From: an uncultured candidatus Porisulfidus sp.
Lineage (GTDB): Bacteria; Pseudomonadota; Gammaproteobacteria; Poriferisulfidales; Poriferisulfidaceae
Length of the DNA: 64,000 bases
Direction: 5' to 3'
NCBI GenBank assembly: GCA_965116025.1
Contig: OZ220480.1
Span: 800,001-864,000, forward strand
The position numbers were made by a program, and so were the translations under genes. Below are positions 8,946-19,060 of this stretch, piece by piece. The notes under the pieces are model-generated. The model searched no databases and was not told the origin of the DNA. It was given only the letters and a program-made list of their open reading frames with translations. The stretch's first letter is position 1. Each line of letters opens with the position of its first letter.

Positions 8946-11002
8946 TCGCTAGCCGCCCGGACGGACGGACAGGCTTGCCGCTTCAGGAGGGTTTTTCGGT
9001 CCACGGCGACCAGCAGGGGTGGCAGAAAGAAGAGATCGGCGACCAGCGCGAACGCGATGATCAACGCCGTGAGCAAGCCGACCTGCATGGTGGGGACGAA
9101 GGGCGACAAGACCAGGATCAGAAAGCCTCCGACCAGCGCGAGCGAGGTGGTGAGCAGCGCGGGCCCGGCGGTTTGGAACGCGTAGCGGACCGCGTCGTCG
9201 GGAGTGGCGCCGCGCTCGCGGCGCGCGCGACGGTATTTGCTCAGGAAATGAACCGTGTCGTCCACCACGATGCCGATGGTCATGGCCAGCACGACCGACA
9301 GCGCCAGCCCGACCTCTCCCACCGCCAGCCCCCAGATGCCAAATCCCATCGCCCCAGGCACGAGATTGGGCACGAGGCTGACGAGGCCGAGGCGGAGAGA
9401 GCGAAGGGCGACGATCAGAAAGAGGGAGATGCCGAAGAGTGCCACGGCCGTTCCGAGCAGCATGGCCCGAATGTTGCGTTGTCCGATGTGCGCGAAAAGC
9501 AGCGCGGGCCCCGATGCCTCAACCCGGACGACGTTTGGCGCGTGGTCGCTCAGCCACGCGCGCGCGCGTCCAGCTCCAGCGTCTCGCGCGAGGAAAGCGT
9601 CTTCGCGGTCACGGTCACGCGCGTGGCGGATCTCGATATGTCGATTTGGTTGTTGAGATCGAGCCCCAAGGGGAGCGAGAGCTCGTAGAGCAGCAAATAT
9701 TGCGCCGCGAGCTCTCGGTTGTCGGGCAATCGATAGGCATCCGGGTCGTCGCCGTGCATGCTTTTGTTGAGTTGTCGGAAGGTGTCGCTGATGGTTAGGA
9801 CATGCCTGGTCTCCGGCTGGGCCCGGTACCAGTCGGCGAAGGTGGCCAGGTCCGCGAGGTACGCGGGGTTGGAGATCTCGCCCGGCCCGCGCGAGCTGAG
9901 CGAATACTCGATCACCGTGTTGTCGCTCAGACGCTCGTCCAGGAAGTCCGAATCCTGCCGGAACTCGATGCTTTCGTCAAAAAAATGCACGAGAACGTCG
10001 TTGAGCTCGTTGTGCGGGATGGCGGCCGACCCCCAGAGCAGTGGCGCGCGCCAGCGCAGCGTGAACTCCGCGAGAGCCGCCATCATCGGGTCGCGTCGCC
10101 GGGTTGTGGGGGCGCGCATGGGAAGGAGGGAGAGCAGCGCGGGCAGGAACGTGACCGAAAGCAGGAACGAGGCGCCGACGCCCAGCTGCCACGAACGTTC
10201 CGAGGTGGCGGTACGGGGGCACTTCGGAGAAGTTCATGGTCAAGAAGCCGAACGCCGTCGTCGCGCTGGCCAGGAAAATCGGGCTCAGATTGATCTGGAG
10301 GGATTCGACGATGGCGGTGCGTTTCGAGTCCCCCGCCTGAACGCGTTGTCGCGTAGCCACCAGAAGATGCATGCAACTGGCCACGACGACCATCAGCACG
10401 ATGGTTGGGGCCGGGGCCGTGGGAGGAGTGAACGGCAGTCCGATCCATCCGCCCAGTCCCATGGAGACCAGGACCGAGAAAACGATCACGAGCCCGGTCG
10501 CGGCGACCAGGTTGCCGGCGAGCCGTGGCTCGCTCAGGGCCGTCTCTCGGATTCTGGCGCGCGCGTCCGCGTCGCCTAAGGTTCGCGGGTCGACGAGGTC
10601 GCGCACGAGCAGATCGTCGCCGCCCGCCGTCGCGCGCTGGAAGTTGGTGATGGAGTCCACCCGTCGGGAATGTGGCGCGAGCCACGCTCGCTTGGTCAGC
10701 CAAATGGTGGCGGCGAGCGCCTGTTCCGACGCGAAGTTACCCGCTTCCGGAACGATCATGAACCGGACGTTGTCGTTTTTCCCGCAGGTGTTTTCCAGGA
10801 GCTCGAACGCCAGGAGCTGGGGGTTGTCCTCGCTGAAGAACATCCGGTAATTCGTGGAGGTCTTGAGAAGCATGCCGCCGCTCGCGGCGGCTGCGACCAG
10901 CGTCAGGGTAGCGGTGATGATGGGCCAGCGGGCCGCGACGACCCGCTCCCCGAACCGGGTCGCGAAAGGTGGAGAGAGGGAGTCGGTCGCGCTCGTCATC
11001 AC
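8912..11002 (-). pseudogene. MMPL/RND-family transporter, frameshifted and internally deleted
   Basis: Three consecutive fragments (9977-11002, 9550-10119, 8912-9463) carry YRMFFSEDNPQL, ASATTAFGFL, AQYLLLYELSLP and IGIVVDDTVHFLSKY. Confidence 0.88.
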
Positions 11003-11190
11003 GCGAACGCCGACATGAACAGTTTTTTGGGAAGGTTACCGTCGAGGCGCGGCGGAACGGGACGCGGCGGCCAAAAACTTCTGGTGAGAGAAGACGCGAT
11101 ACGAGCGCTCCACGCCAGAAGTTTTTTGCTTACAAAGTCGCTTCCGAATCCAGCCCGTCTATCTCGAGAAAGCAGGCGGGCATGATGATT

Positions 11191-11444
11191 TTAGAGGCAG
11201 CAGCAAAGGCTGGCGGCGATCGACTCGAGTTGCTCCTCGTCCAGCTCCGGACCAGCCGGCAGGGCGAGATGAAGAGTCGTCATATCGCTCTCGTGCGCCT
11301 TAGATCTCGAAATTGTCGGGCGCCTCGATATTGAGCTTCTCGGCGATGGCCCCCCTTGGGGTCATCCATGAGCCGATTGCGGAACTCCGCGTCCTCGCAT
11401 GCTTTCTCTGTGAGATGGCGGCGCATCTCTTCCGAACGTTGCAT
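11191..11444 (-). pseudogene. NHLP (nitrile-hydratase-leader) RiPP precursor with core LCCCL and two +1 frameshifts
   Basis: Reconstructed by hand: MQRSEEMRRHLTEKACEDAEFRNRLMDDPKG/AIAEKLNIEAPDNFEI/KAHESDMTTLHLALPAGPELDEEQLESIAAS-LCCCL-stop. The span is 254 bp, i.e. 84 codons plus 2 extra bases. Confidence 0.85.
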
Positions 11445-11700
11445 TGCCGCTTCCGCAAATGATCCCCTAATGATATCCTCCTCGCTAGGTGGACTATATC
11501 CGCGTTTTGGCATCTAGCTCGAACCCGAAATGGTCGCTTTAGTCAACGCGGCCGCGACGTTCTCGATCCAAAGCGATTCCTTTTCGCCCGACGCGCGGGC
11601 GGCGAGGTTGGCTTCCCGCCCGGATCTCGGGGAGCCAAAGCTGGTACGGTCGGTAGAGAATCCGGGCCTCCCCCGCGGGTCGGAAGTAGAATACGCCTTC

Positions 11701-12525
11701 ATGCGGCTGGACTTCACCAAGATGCATAGTTTGGGCAACGACTTCGTCGTGCTGGACGCTTGGGCGCGCGAGATTTCCTTGACGCCGTCGCAGCTGCGGC
11801 GGATCGCGGATCGCCGCGCGGGAGTCGGCTGCGATCAGATCTTGTTTCTGGATCCCGACCCGGATGTCGATTTCGCCTACCGCGTTCACAACGCCGACGG
11901 CCAGCCAGCGGGGCAATGCGGCAACGGCGCGCGGTGCTTGGCGCGCTACGCCGCCGACCGCGGATACGCGGACTCCGAGCGCCAGCGCGCGCGCGCGCCC
12001 TCGGGGGAGGTGGCGCTACGGCTGCGCGACGATGGCTCGGTGAGCGTCGACATGGGAGTCCCGCGTCTAGAGCCGGACGAGATCCCCTTCTCGCATCGGG
12101 GCCGCCAGTCGTCCTATGCCTTGGAAGTGGGCGGCGAGGATCTCTCGCTAGGCGCGGTGTCCATGGGAAACCCGCACGCGGTGCTCACCGTCGACTCCGT
12201 CCCCAGCGCGCCGGTGCGCGAGCTGGGCCCCCGCGTCGAGACCCACCCGAAATTCCCCCGGCGCGCCAACGTGGGCTTCATGGAGATCTCCACGCCCCGG
12301 CACATCCGGCTGCGCGTGTGGGAGCGCGGGGTCGGGGAGACCCCGGGCTGCGGCACCGGCGCCTGCGCGGCCGTGGTCGTGGGCCGGCTGGCGGGAGAGC
12401 TGCGCGAGGACGTCGCGGTGTCGCTTCCCGGCGGCGACCTCCAAGTTCGCTGGGAGGGAGAGGGGCGGTCCGTGACGTTGCGCGGAAGCGCGGAATACGC
12501 TTATACGGGGAGTCTGGAGCTATGA
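11701..12525 (+). CDS. dapF: Diaminopimelate epimerase
   Basis: FTKMHSLGNDF, CGNGARC, SMGNPHAV and ERGVGETPGCGTGACA motifs. Confidence 0.97.
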   Translation: MRLDFTKMHSLGNDFVVLDAWAREISLTPSQLRRIADRRAGVGCDQILFLDPDPDVDFAYRVHNADGQPAGQCGNGARCLARYAADRGYADSERQRARAPSGEVALRLRDDGSVSVDMGVPRLEPDEIPFSHRGRQSSYALEVGGEDLSLGAVSMGNPHAVLTVDSVPSAPVRELGPRVETHPKFPRRANVGFMEISTPRHIRLRVWERGVGETPGCGTGACAAVVVGRLAGELREDVAVSLPGGDLQVRWEGEGRSVTLRGSAEYAYTGSLEL

Positions 12526-13208
12526 GCGCGAAGCCTAAAGCCGCCGCGCGCGACCGCTTGTCCGACGAGCGCGTCCAGGAGTTTCTGGAGGAGCGCCCCG
12601 ACTTCCTGGCCGATCATCCAGAATTGCTGGCGCGAATGCGGTTGCCGCGCGACGAGGACGGGACCATCTCGTTTCAGGAGCACCGGATTCGTCGGTTGCG
12701 CGAGGACAACGAGCGGCTGGAGGAGCTGGTGGAGATCGCCGCGAGCAACCAGGAGCTGATCGACCACACCCTGGCGCTGGCGACGGAGAGCCTGCAGGAT
12801 CGTCCGGCGAGCCTGGGCGCGGCGATCCAGGCGCAGGAGAAGCGCCTGCTTCGGCACTTCCCGAACGCAGGCTGGGCGATCCGGATTCGTCCGGAGATCC
12901 CGCGCGTCGCGGCCCGGTACCGGGTGCCCGAGCGCCCGCCCTTGGCGCGCGCGGTCATGGCCGCGTTCCGCAAGGGTCCGCAGGTGCTGGCGGATCGCGA
13001 GACCGTCGCGGCGCTGTGGCCGGGGTCGCGGGCGGATTCGGACGCTTTGGTGATCGCGCCCTTGAAGCGCCAGCGGCGGTACGGCGTTCTCTGTCGAGAG
13101 TTGCCGCCCGGCGCGGACCGGGACGGCGACACGACCTTGCTCCAGCGGGTGGCCGATCTGACCGCGGCGCTGATCTCCCGATTCTGCGACCCCCGGCGCG
13201 GCTCGTGA
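12522..13208 (+). CDS. DUF484 (YigA-like) protein
   Basis: FLEERPDFLADHPELL...LP motif; conserved dapF-yigA-xerC order; ATGA overlap with dapF. Confidence 0.8.
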   Translation: MSAKPKAAARDRLSDERVQEFLEERPDFLADHPELLARMRLPRDEDGTISFQEHRIRRLREDNERLEELVEIAASNQELIDHTLALATESLQDRPASLGAAIQAQEKRLLRHFPNAGWAIRIRPEIPRVAARYRVPERPPLARAVMAAFRKGPQVLADRETVAALWPGSRADSDALVIAPLKRQRRYGVLCRELPPGADRDGDTTLLQRVADLTAALISRFCDPRRGS

Positions 13209-14113
13209 GCGAGCCCGCGCGAGCGCCGGAGCGCTGGCTGGAGGAGTTCCGGGCCAAGCTGCGCTGGGAGCGCAACTATTCGGAGCACACCGTAGCGGGC
13301 TACGCGCGCGACGTCCAAAAATTCCTTCGCTGGCTGGAGGAGCGGTCGGTCCCGGTGGATCAGGCGCGCGACGGCGAGGTCCAGCGCTACGCCGCGGGCC
13401 TGTTTCGGCAGGGACTGTCTCCGCGGTCCATCCAGCGCGGCCTGTCAGCTCTGCGCGGGTTTTTCGACCATCTGGTCGCGACGCGCCGCCTGGAGGACAA
13501 CCCGGCGCGCGGGATTCGCGCTCCTCGTCCGCCCCGGCCGCTCCCCAAGGTCTTGGAGGTAGACGAGGTGACGCGTCTGCTCGACGCGCGCCCGGACGGG
13601 CCGCTGGGCCGTCGCGATCTGGCCATGCTCGAGCTGCTGTATTCCAGTGGAATGCGTCTTTCCGAGCTGGTTGGGCTGGACCGCGAGGATCTGGACCTGG
13701 CGGCGGGCGAGGTGGTCGTGCTCGGCAAGGGCCGGGTGGAGCGCAAGCTTCCGGTCGGACGCATGGCGCTGAAGGCGCTGCGCGACTGGCTTGGCGTTCG
13801 GGAAGAGCTGGCGAGTCCCGGGGAGGCCGCGCTGTTCGTCGGGCGGCGCGGGCGGCGCTTGTCGGCCCGTGGCGTGCAGTTGCGCTTGCGCCGGTTCGGC
13901 CGCGCCGCGGGCAGCGAGCGCCCCCTGCATCCGCATCTGTTCCGCCACTCCTTCGCCAGCCATCTGCTGGAATCCTCCGGCGATCTGCGCGCCGTGCAGG
14001 AGCTGCTGGGGCATCGCCGCGTCAGCACCACGCAGGTCTACACCCATCTGGATTACCAGCATCTCGCCCAGACGTACGACGCGGCGCACCCGCGCGCGCG
14101 GCGGCGAAAATAA
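13205..14113 (+). CDS. xerC: Tyrosine recombinase XerC
   Basis: SEHTVAGYARD, LLYSSGMRLSEL, HPHLFRHSFASHLLESSGDLRAVQELLGH and TTQVYTH motifs; dapF context. Confidence 0.95.
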   Translation: MSEPARAPERWLEEFRAKLRWERNYSEHTVAGYARDVQKFLRWLEERSVPVDQARDGEVQRYAAGLFRQGLSPRSIQRGLSALRGFFDHLVATRRLEDNPARGIRAPRPPRPLPKVLEVDEVTRLLDARPDGPLGRRDLAMLELLYSSGMRLSELVGLDREDLDLAAGEVVVLGKGRVERKLPVGRMALKALRDWLGVREELASPGEAALFVGRRGRRLSARGVQLRLRRFGRAAGSERPLHPHLFRHSFASHLLESSGDLRAVQELLGHRRVSTTQVYTHLDYQHLAQTYDAAHPRARRRK

Positions 14114-14128
14114 CTCCGGCGAGATTTA

Positions 14129-14497
14129 ATGATGGCCGCGCGCGTTCCCACGGAGTTGCACCTGCATCAGCGATCCCGCGTCCTGGAGGTCGCGTTCGGC
14201 GAGGAGCGCTTTCGGCTGGGTTGCGAGTATTTGCGGGTCCACTCGCCATCCGCCGAGGTGATGGGTCACGGCCCGGGACAGGAGACCCTGCAGGTCGGCA
14301 AGGAGGACGTCGCGATCGACGCCATCGAGCCGGTCGGCAACTACGCCGTGAAACTGGTGTTCAGCGACGGCCACGACACGGGCATTTACACTTGGGACTA
14401 TCTGTATGATCTGGGCCAGAGCTACGAGGCGCGCTGGCGGCGCTATCTGGAGCGCCTGCGGGAGGCCGGGGTCGAGCGAAAGACCGTGGAGAACTGA
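14129..14497 (+). CDS. DUF971 family protein
   Basis: EYLRVHSPSAEV.GHGPGQE and VGNYAVKLVFSDGHDTGIY motifs; commonly precedes ubiE. Confidence 0.88.
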   Translation: MMAARVPTELHLHQRSRVLEVAFGEERFRLGCEYLRVHSPSAEVMGHGPGQETLQVGKEDVAIDAIEPVGNYAVKLVFSDGHDTGIYTWDYLYDLGQSYEARWRRYLERLREAGVERKTVEN

Positions 14498-14501
14498 GGC
14501 G

Positions 14502-15233
14502 ATGGCGCGGTTCGGCTACCGGCACGTCGATCCGGACGAGAAGACCCGGCTGGTGGGCGAGGTGTTCGAGTCGGTGGCGTTCCGCTACGACCTGATGAAC
14601 GACCTGATGTCCTTCGGACTGCATCGCGCCTGGAAGCGCGCCTTCGCGCTACTGGCGCGGCTTCGGGAAGGCCAGCGCGCGCTGGACCTCGCCGGTGGCA
14701 CGGGCGACCTCGCCCGGCTCGTTCGCCCCCGAGTCGGCCCGGAAGGGCAGGTGGTCCTGTGCGATATTGGCGAGAGCATGCTGGCGCGCGGGCGGGACCG
14801 GCTGCTCGACGAGGGGGTGACGGACATCCCGGCGGTGCGGGGAGACGCGGCGGCGCTGCCGTTCGAGTCCGGCTCGTTCGACCGCGTTCTGGTCGGGTTT
14901 GGCCTGCGCAACTTCGCGGACCCCTCGGCGTGCCTGCGCGAGACGCGCCGGGTGCTGCGCCCTGGCGGCCTCGCGCTCGTGCTGGAGTTCTCCCGCCCGG
15001 CCGCCTGGCTGGAGCCGCTCTACCGCGCCTACACGCACCGGGTCTTGCCGAAGCTGGGCGAGGTGGTGGCTGGTGACCGCGACGGCTACCGCTATCTGGC
15101 CGAGTCCATCGCCGTGCACCCGGACCAGCGGACTCTGCGCGAGATGATGCGCGCGGCGGGCTTCCAGTCCTGCCAGTATTTCAACCTGAGCGCCGGCGTG
15201 GTCGCGGTCCACCGCGGCGCGCGAATCGACTGA
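14502..15233 (+). CDS. ubiE: Ubiquinone/menaquinone C-methyltransferase
   Basis: YDLMNDLMSFGLHRAWK, LDLAGGTGD, FGLRN and YRYLAESI motifs. Confidence 0.96.
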   Translation: MARFGYRHVDPDEKTRLVGEVFESVAFRYDLMNDLMSFGLHRAWKRAFALLARLREGQRALDLAGGTGDLARLVRPRVGPEGQVVLCDIGESMLARGRDRLLDEGVTDIPAVRGDAAALPFESGSFDRVLVGFGLRNFADPSACLRETRRVLRPGGLALVLEFSRPAAWLEPLYRAYTHRVLPKLGEVVAGDRDGYRYLAESIAVHPDQRTLREMMRAAGFQSCQYFNLSAGVVAVHRGARID

Positions 15234-15247
15234 GACGAGACCGGCCG

Positions 15248-17008
15248 ATGCCGCGCTGGACGGCCTTGAGGGCGCGCGTCCGCGCGCGACCGCATGGGGT
15301 CGCGGCGCTCGGCGTGGGCCTGGTCGCCGCGTACCTGTGTCTGGTCAACCTCGACTACGCGCCGTTATGGCACGACGAGGCGCCCGCGGTCATCATCGCC
15401 AAGAGCTTGCTGGAGCGCGGCGATATCGTCGGGTGGGATGGCCGCAACCTCGTCGGGGGCATGGACGGTCGCACCCTCAACGACGATCTGCGCGACGTGC
15501 TGCCGCCGCTGATGTACGCGGTGAACGCCGCGGGCCTGGCGCTCTTCGGCGTCAACGAGACAGGCGCGCGGGCTCTCCACGCCCTGACCGGGCTCGCGGC
15601 GCTGCTGGTTCTGTTCCTGATCCTGCGCCAGCGTCTGCCTCGTCATCCGCGGCTGCAGCTCCTCATCTTCAGCTTCGCCGCCTTGTCGGCGCAGCTGTTG
15701 CTGTATTTCCGCCAGTCGCGGTATTTCGCGATGATGGTCTTCCTGTCGCTGCTCATGTTCTGGCTGCACGGCCGCTACCGCGAGCGCCGCGACCCTTGGA
15801 CGCTCGCGGCCCTCGCGGCGGTTTCCGCGCTGGCGTTCCTCAACCATTACACCAGTGGCGTGGCCGCCATGCTCGCGCTCGCGACCTACCACGTCCTATG
15901 CCACCGCCGCGACACCGCTCGGCGCGAGTGGGCGCTGTTCGCGACGTTCGGCGCGCTCGTCGCGCTCGTCGGCCTCGGGTATCTGAGCTGGATCGGGGTT
16001 CTCGGCGGCGAGCGCGCCGGCTTCTCGGGCTTCGCGGGCCAGCTCACCGAAGAGATGACGCGGGTGGCCGCGGCCGGATCGTTCGCCGCCAGCCAGGGCC
16101 TCAAGCTCTGGGTCTACGCGCGCGAGCTGTTCGCCGCCGACTGGATTTCGTGGCCCATCTTTCTGTGGCTCGTCGCCATGCTCTTTCTCGCCGCGCGCGG
16201 GAAGGCGGTCTGGCCGCGCCGCGCTGAGGGCGATCCTGGCTCCCCTCTTCCAGAAACCGCGAGGATCATTCTGTTCGGGGGATTGCTCGCGCTGTTCTCG
16301 GCTCTCCTCTCGCCGCAGTCGATCAAGCTGCACGCGATCGCCGACCTGCGCTATTACGTCGCCGCGCTGCCCCTGTTGCTGGCCATGAAGGGGCTTTTCG
16401 TGGAGTGGCTGTGGCTACGCCACGCCGCCCTGGGCGCGGTCGCGCTCCTCGCGCTGCTGCTCACCAGCGCCGGCGCCTGGCCGTTCAACCTGATGTCGGT
16501 CATAACCGGAGAGCGCACTTTGGGCTGGCATCTGCCCATGCTCGTCCGCGAGATTCATCGGCCCTATCGGGACGCCAACGCCACCATCTCCGACTATCTG
16601 CTACGGCACGCCAAGAAGGACGATCTCGTCTACGTGGACAGCTTCGCCGATCGCGAGACTCTGACCTTCTACGCCGGCCACCACGTGCTGTTCTCCGGCG
16701 TCCTCAGCGCGGACACGCCCCTCCCGGAATCCCGGACGCGCCGCCTGCGCCCCACGCTGTTCCTGGACGCGATCCTGGAGCGCCCGCCGGACTGGGTCAT
16801 CCGATACTACCCGCATCGGTCTCCAAGCGGACGATTCGAGGATCTGGACCTCGGGCGAAGAATCGCCTACGGTCCGCATGACTACGAAGTGGTGGCCAAG
16901 CCGAACGTCTTCTCCTACCCCACGCAACGCCCAGAACTGAACATGCGCTCCTTCGCGCCGCTCGAGAGGAACGGCGTTCCCTACATCCTGCGCCGCGTCC
17001 GGGAGTAG
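15248..17008 (+). CDS. Polytopic GT-C fold glycosyltransferase (ArnT/PMT-like)
   Basis: LWHDE after TM1, PPLMY, FRQSRYFAM and many TM helices. Confidence 0.75.
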   Translation: MPRWTALRARVRARPHGVAALGVGLVAAYLCLVNLDYAPLWHDEAPAVIIAKSLLERGDIVGWDGRNLVGGMDGRTLNDDLRDVLPPLMYAVNAAGLALFGVNETGARALHALTGLAALLVLFLILRQRLPRHPRLQLLIFSFAALSAQLLLYFRQSRYFAMMVFLSLLMFWLHGRYRERRDPWTLAALAAVSALAFLNHYTSGVAAMLALATYHVLCHRRDTARREWALFATFGALVALVGLGYLSWIGVLGGERAGFSGFAGQLTEEMTRVAAAGSFAASQGLKLWVYARELFAADWISWPIFLWLVAMLFLAARGKAVWPRRAEGDPGSPLPETARIILFGGLLALFSALLSPQSIKLHAIADLRYYVAALPLLLAMKGLFVEWLWLRHAALGAVALLALLLTSAGAWPFNLMSVITGERTLGWHLPMLVREIHRPYRDANATISDYLLRHAKKDDLVYVDSFADRETLTFYAGHHVLFSGVLSADTPLPESRTRRLRPTLFLDAILERPPDWVIRYYPHRSPSGRFEDLDLGRRIAYGPHDYEVVAKPNVFSYPTQRPELNMRSFAPLERNGVPYILRRVRE

Positions 17009-17024
17009 CCCGCGGGCCCCGGGC

Positions 17025-18005
17025 TCACCCCTCGTCGGCATCCACCCCCAGGAAGGTGCCGCCGTTTCGCCGGGTCAGTTCCCGCATCAAGGTGGCGAAG
17101 CGACTGGTCGTGTCCGCGTATTTCGGGTCGATCTCCTCGATTCGCCCCCGAGTGAAGAACCCGACCGCGTGGATGCGGACCTGCCGCTCGCCGTCCCGGT
17201 GGTTGAGCCGGTCCACCTTGTCGACTTCCTTTTGGATGTCGCCGGTGTGCTCGTCGCCGAAGATGTACAGGCTGATCTTGTCGGACTTCATGCGAAAGGT
17301 CTTGATGGCCTCCTCGATTCCCTCGACCGGGCTGGAGTTGCTGTAGGGGCTCCAGGAATCGAAGCGTTTCAGGAGGACCGCCCGGCGCGCCGGCGTGTCG
17401 GGAATCCACCGCCTCCGGTAGCCCTCGAACATGTACGAGCCCATGTCGTTCATCACCTGGATCCCGCGCACCTTCGGGTAGGCGTCCAGCAGCGACACCA
17501 TCTGCCGCTTGGCCGCCTTCCAGGCGAAGCGCTTCATGCTGCCGGACGTGTCCACGATGAAGATGACGTACTCGCTGTCGGCCGGGACGCCGCCGATCAC
17601 GTCCTCCTCCGACGGCGCCAGCTCCAGCTTTCGCATCTCCTCGTTGAGGCTCTGCAGCGCGGTTTTCAGACTGGCCTCGACCAGCGCGCTGGCCCGGGCG
17701 CTGGCCTGGGCCCCGGCGCTCGCCCGCCGCGCCTCCTCCAACGCCTTTTGGTCTTCCCGCAGCCTCTCCCTTCGCTCGGCCAGGCGCGCCCGCTCCGCCT
17801 GCCGCTCGGCGGCCAGGCGGGCCTCGACCCGCTCCACCCGGGCGAGCTCCTCCCGCAGGGACTCGATCCGGGACTGAAAGTCCACGACCGGCTCGCCGTC
17901 GGCGTGCTTGGTGATCAAGAGCAGCAGCACGATGGCTCCGAAGCCGCAACTGACCACGTCGAGGAACGACAGATGGTTGTCGGCCGCCCGGCGCCGGCGC
18001 CTCAT
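17025..18005 (-). CDS. ExbD-like TM + coiled coil + VWA domain protein
   Basis: LSFLDVVSCGFGAIVLLLLI TM segment, coiled coil, MIDAS IVDTSGSM and YIFGDE. Confidence 0.85.
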   Translation of the reverse strand: MRRRRRAADNHLSFLDVVSCGFGAIVLLLLITKHADGEPVVDFQSRIESLREELARVERVEARLAAERQAERARLAERRERLREDQKALEEARRASAGAQASARASALVEASLKTALQSLNEEMRKLELAPSEEDVIGGVPADSEYVIFIVDTSGSMKRFAWKAAKRQMVSLLDAYPKVRGIQVMNDMGSYMFEGYRRRWIPDTPARRAVLLKRFDSWSPYSNSSPVEGIEEAIKTFRMKSDKISLYIFGDEHTGDIQKEVDKVDRLNHRDGERQVRIHAVGFFTRGRIEEIDPKYADTTSRFATLMRELTRRNGGTFLGVDADEG

Positions 18006-19060
18006 GGCCAGTCCTCCGCGGGCGCCAGGAACTGCCCGCCGGTGCGCATCGCCAACCTCCAGTAGGCGCCCGCCGCATGCGGGTCGCCTTCCAGCGGCAG
18101 CAGAACGACGTTGAAGGGCGGATTCGCGATTCTATCCGTAGCCGCCTGAAAGAACTCCATGCGCTGGTCCGCGCTGACCAGATTCTTCCGTTTCGGAAAG
18201 ATCCGGCCCAGGACCGTTTTCCCGCGCGTCGGGAGGCCGTCCGTGATCAGGTAGACCGCGTCCGGCCGGGGCCGCGTCGACAGAGCCTTCTCGAGAGTCG
18301 AGTCCAGGCGAGTTCCTCCCGACGGAACCCAGCCCCGCGCCGCCGCGATCACCTTCTCCATGCTCTCCGCGTCGTCCGCCCTCAGCCATCCGTCGCCCGG
18401 CAGCAGGCGCGCCGGGGCCTCGCTGAAGCCCCAGACCTGATACTGCGCGTCCCGCGGCAAATGCGCGAGGGTCCACTCGAGAATGGACCGGGCCCAGCGC
18501 CATTTGTGGCTCTCGATCTGGTGCTGGATTGGAAGGTATTTATTGCGGATGATCGTGGCGACGCGCGTGGCCTGCATGCTGGCCGAGCGGTCCAGCAGGA
18601 TCAGGATTCGGCGGCCCTCGACCCGAAAGCCCGCTACATACTGGCGCTGGCCCTCGCCTTCCCGCGCCAGCAGCTGCCGGCTCTTCTTCGCTTCCTGGAT
18701 CTTCCGCTTCAGCTCGCGCAACTCTTCTTCCAGACGGGCCGTGTTGGACGTTTCCGGTCGCCGGGCGCGGAGCTCGGCGCTGGCGGTGATGGCGGCCACG
18801 CGGCGTTCCGCCAAGCTCCGCGACTCGCGTCTCGTCTGCTCCGTCTCTCGGCGATGATCGTCGATTCGCTCCTCCCGCTCCTGGATGGACCGCTCCAGAA
18901 TCCGCAGATCGGCCTCGCCGCTCTCCGAAGCCCGCGCGACCTCGGTCAGGTTGTGGTCGATGATCAGGAACAGCAGGACCGCGGCGCCCAGCCCGCAGGA
19001 CATGACGTCCAGGAAGGCCAGACCGAACGGGTTCAGGAAATGGGCGCGGCGCCGGGACAT
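18002..19060 (-). CDS. Second ExbD-like TM + coiled coil + VWA domain protein
   Basis: LAFLDVMSCGLGAAVLLFLI, LLDRSASM and YLITDGLPT motifs. Confidence 0.85.
   Translation of the reverse strand: MSRRRAHFLNPFGLAFLDVMSCGLGAAVLLFLIIDHNLTEVARASESGEADLRILERSIQEREERIDDHRRETEQTRRESRSLAERRVAAITASAELRARRPETSNTARLEEELRELKRKIQEAKKSRQLLAREGEGQRQYVAGFRVEGRRILILLDRSASMQATRVATIIRNKYLPIQHQIESHKWRWARSILEWTLAHLPRDAQYQVWGFSEAPARLLPGDGWLRADDAESMEKVIAAARGWVPSGGTRLDSTLEKALSTRPRPDAVYLITDGLPTRGKTVLGRIFPKRKNLVSADQRMEFFQAATDRIANPPFNVVLLPLEGDPHAAGAYWRLAMRTGGQFLAPAEDWP

Noticed and set aside
7749-9185. 478-aa ORF as one protein with a poly-Gly linker
   Set aside because: Sequence after G24 belongs to an IS4 remnant and the antisense strand of the MMPL gene, so the extension is fortuitous.
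11760-13208. 482-aa ORF overlapping dapF (likewise the long 5' extensions of xerC, uvrD, mtkB and the PEGA-FGE gene)
   Set aside because: Off-frame read-through in GC-rich DNA. True starts sit at stop/start overlaps.
13205-14113. Tyrosine recombinase as an island integrase
   Set aside because: Sequence motifs and the dapF-yigA context identify housekeeping XerC.
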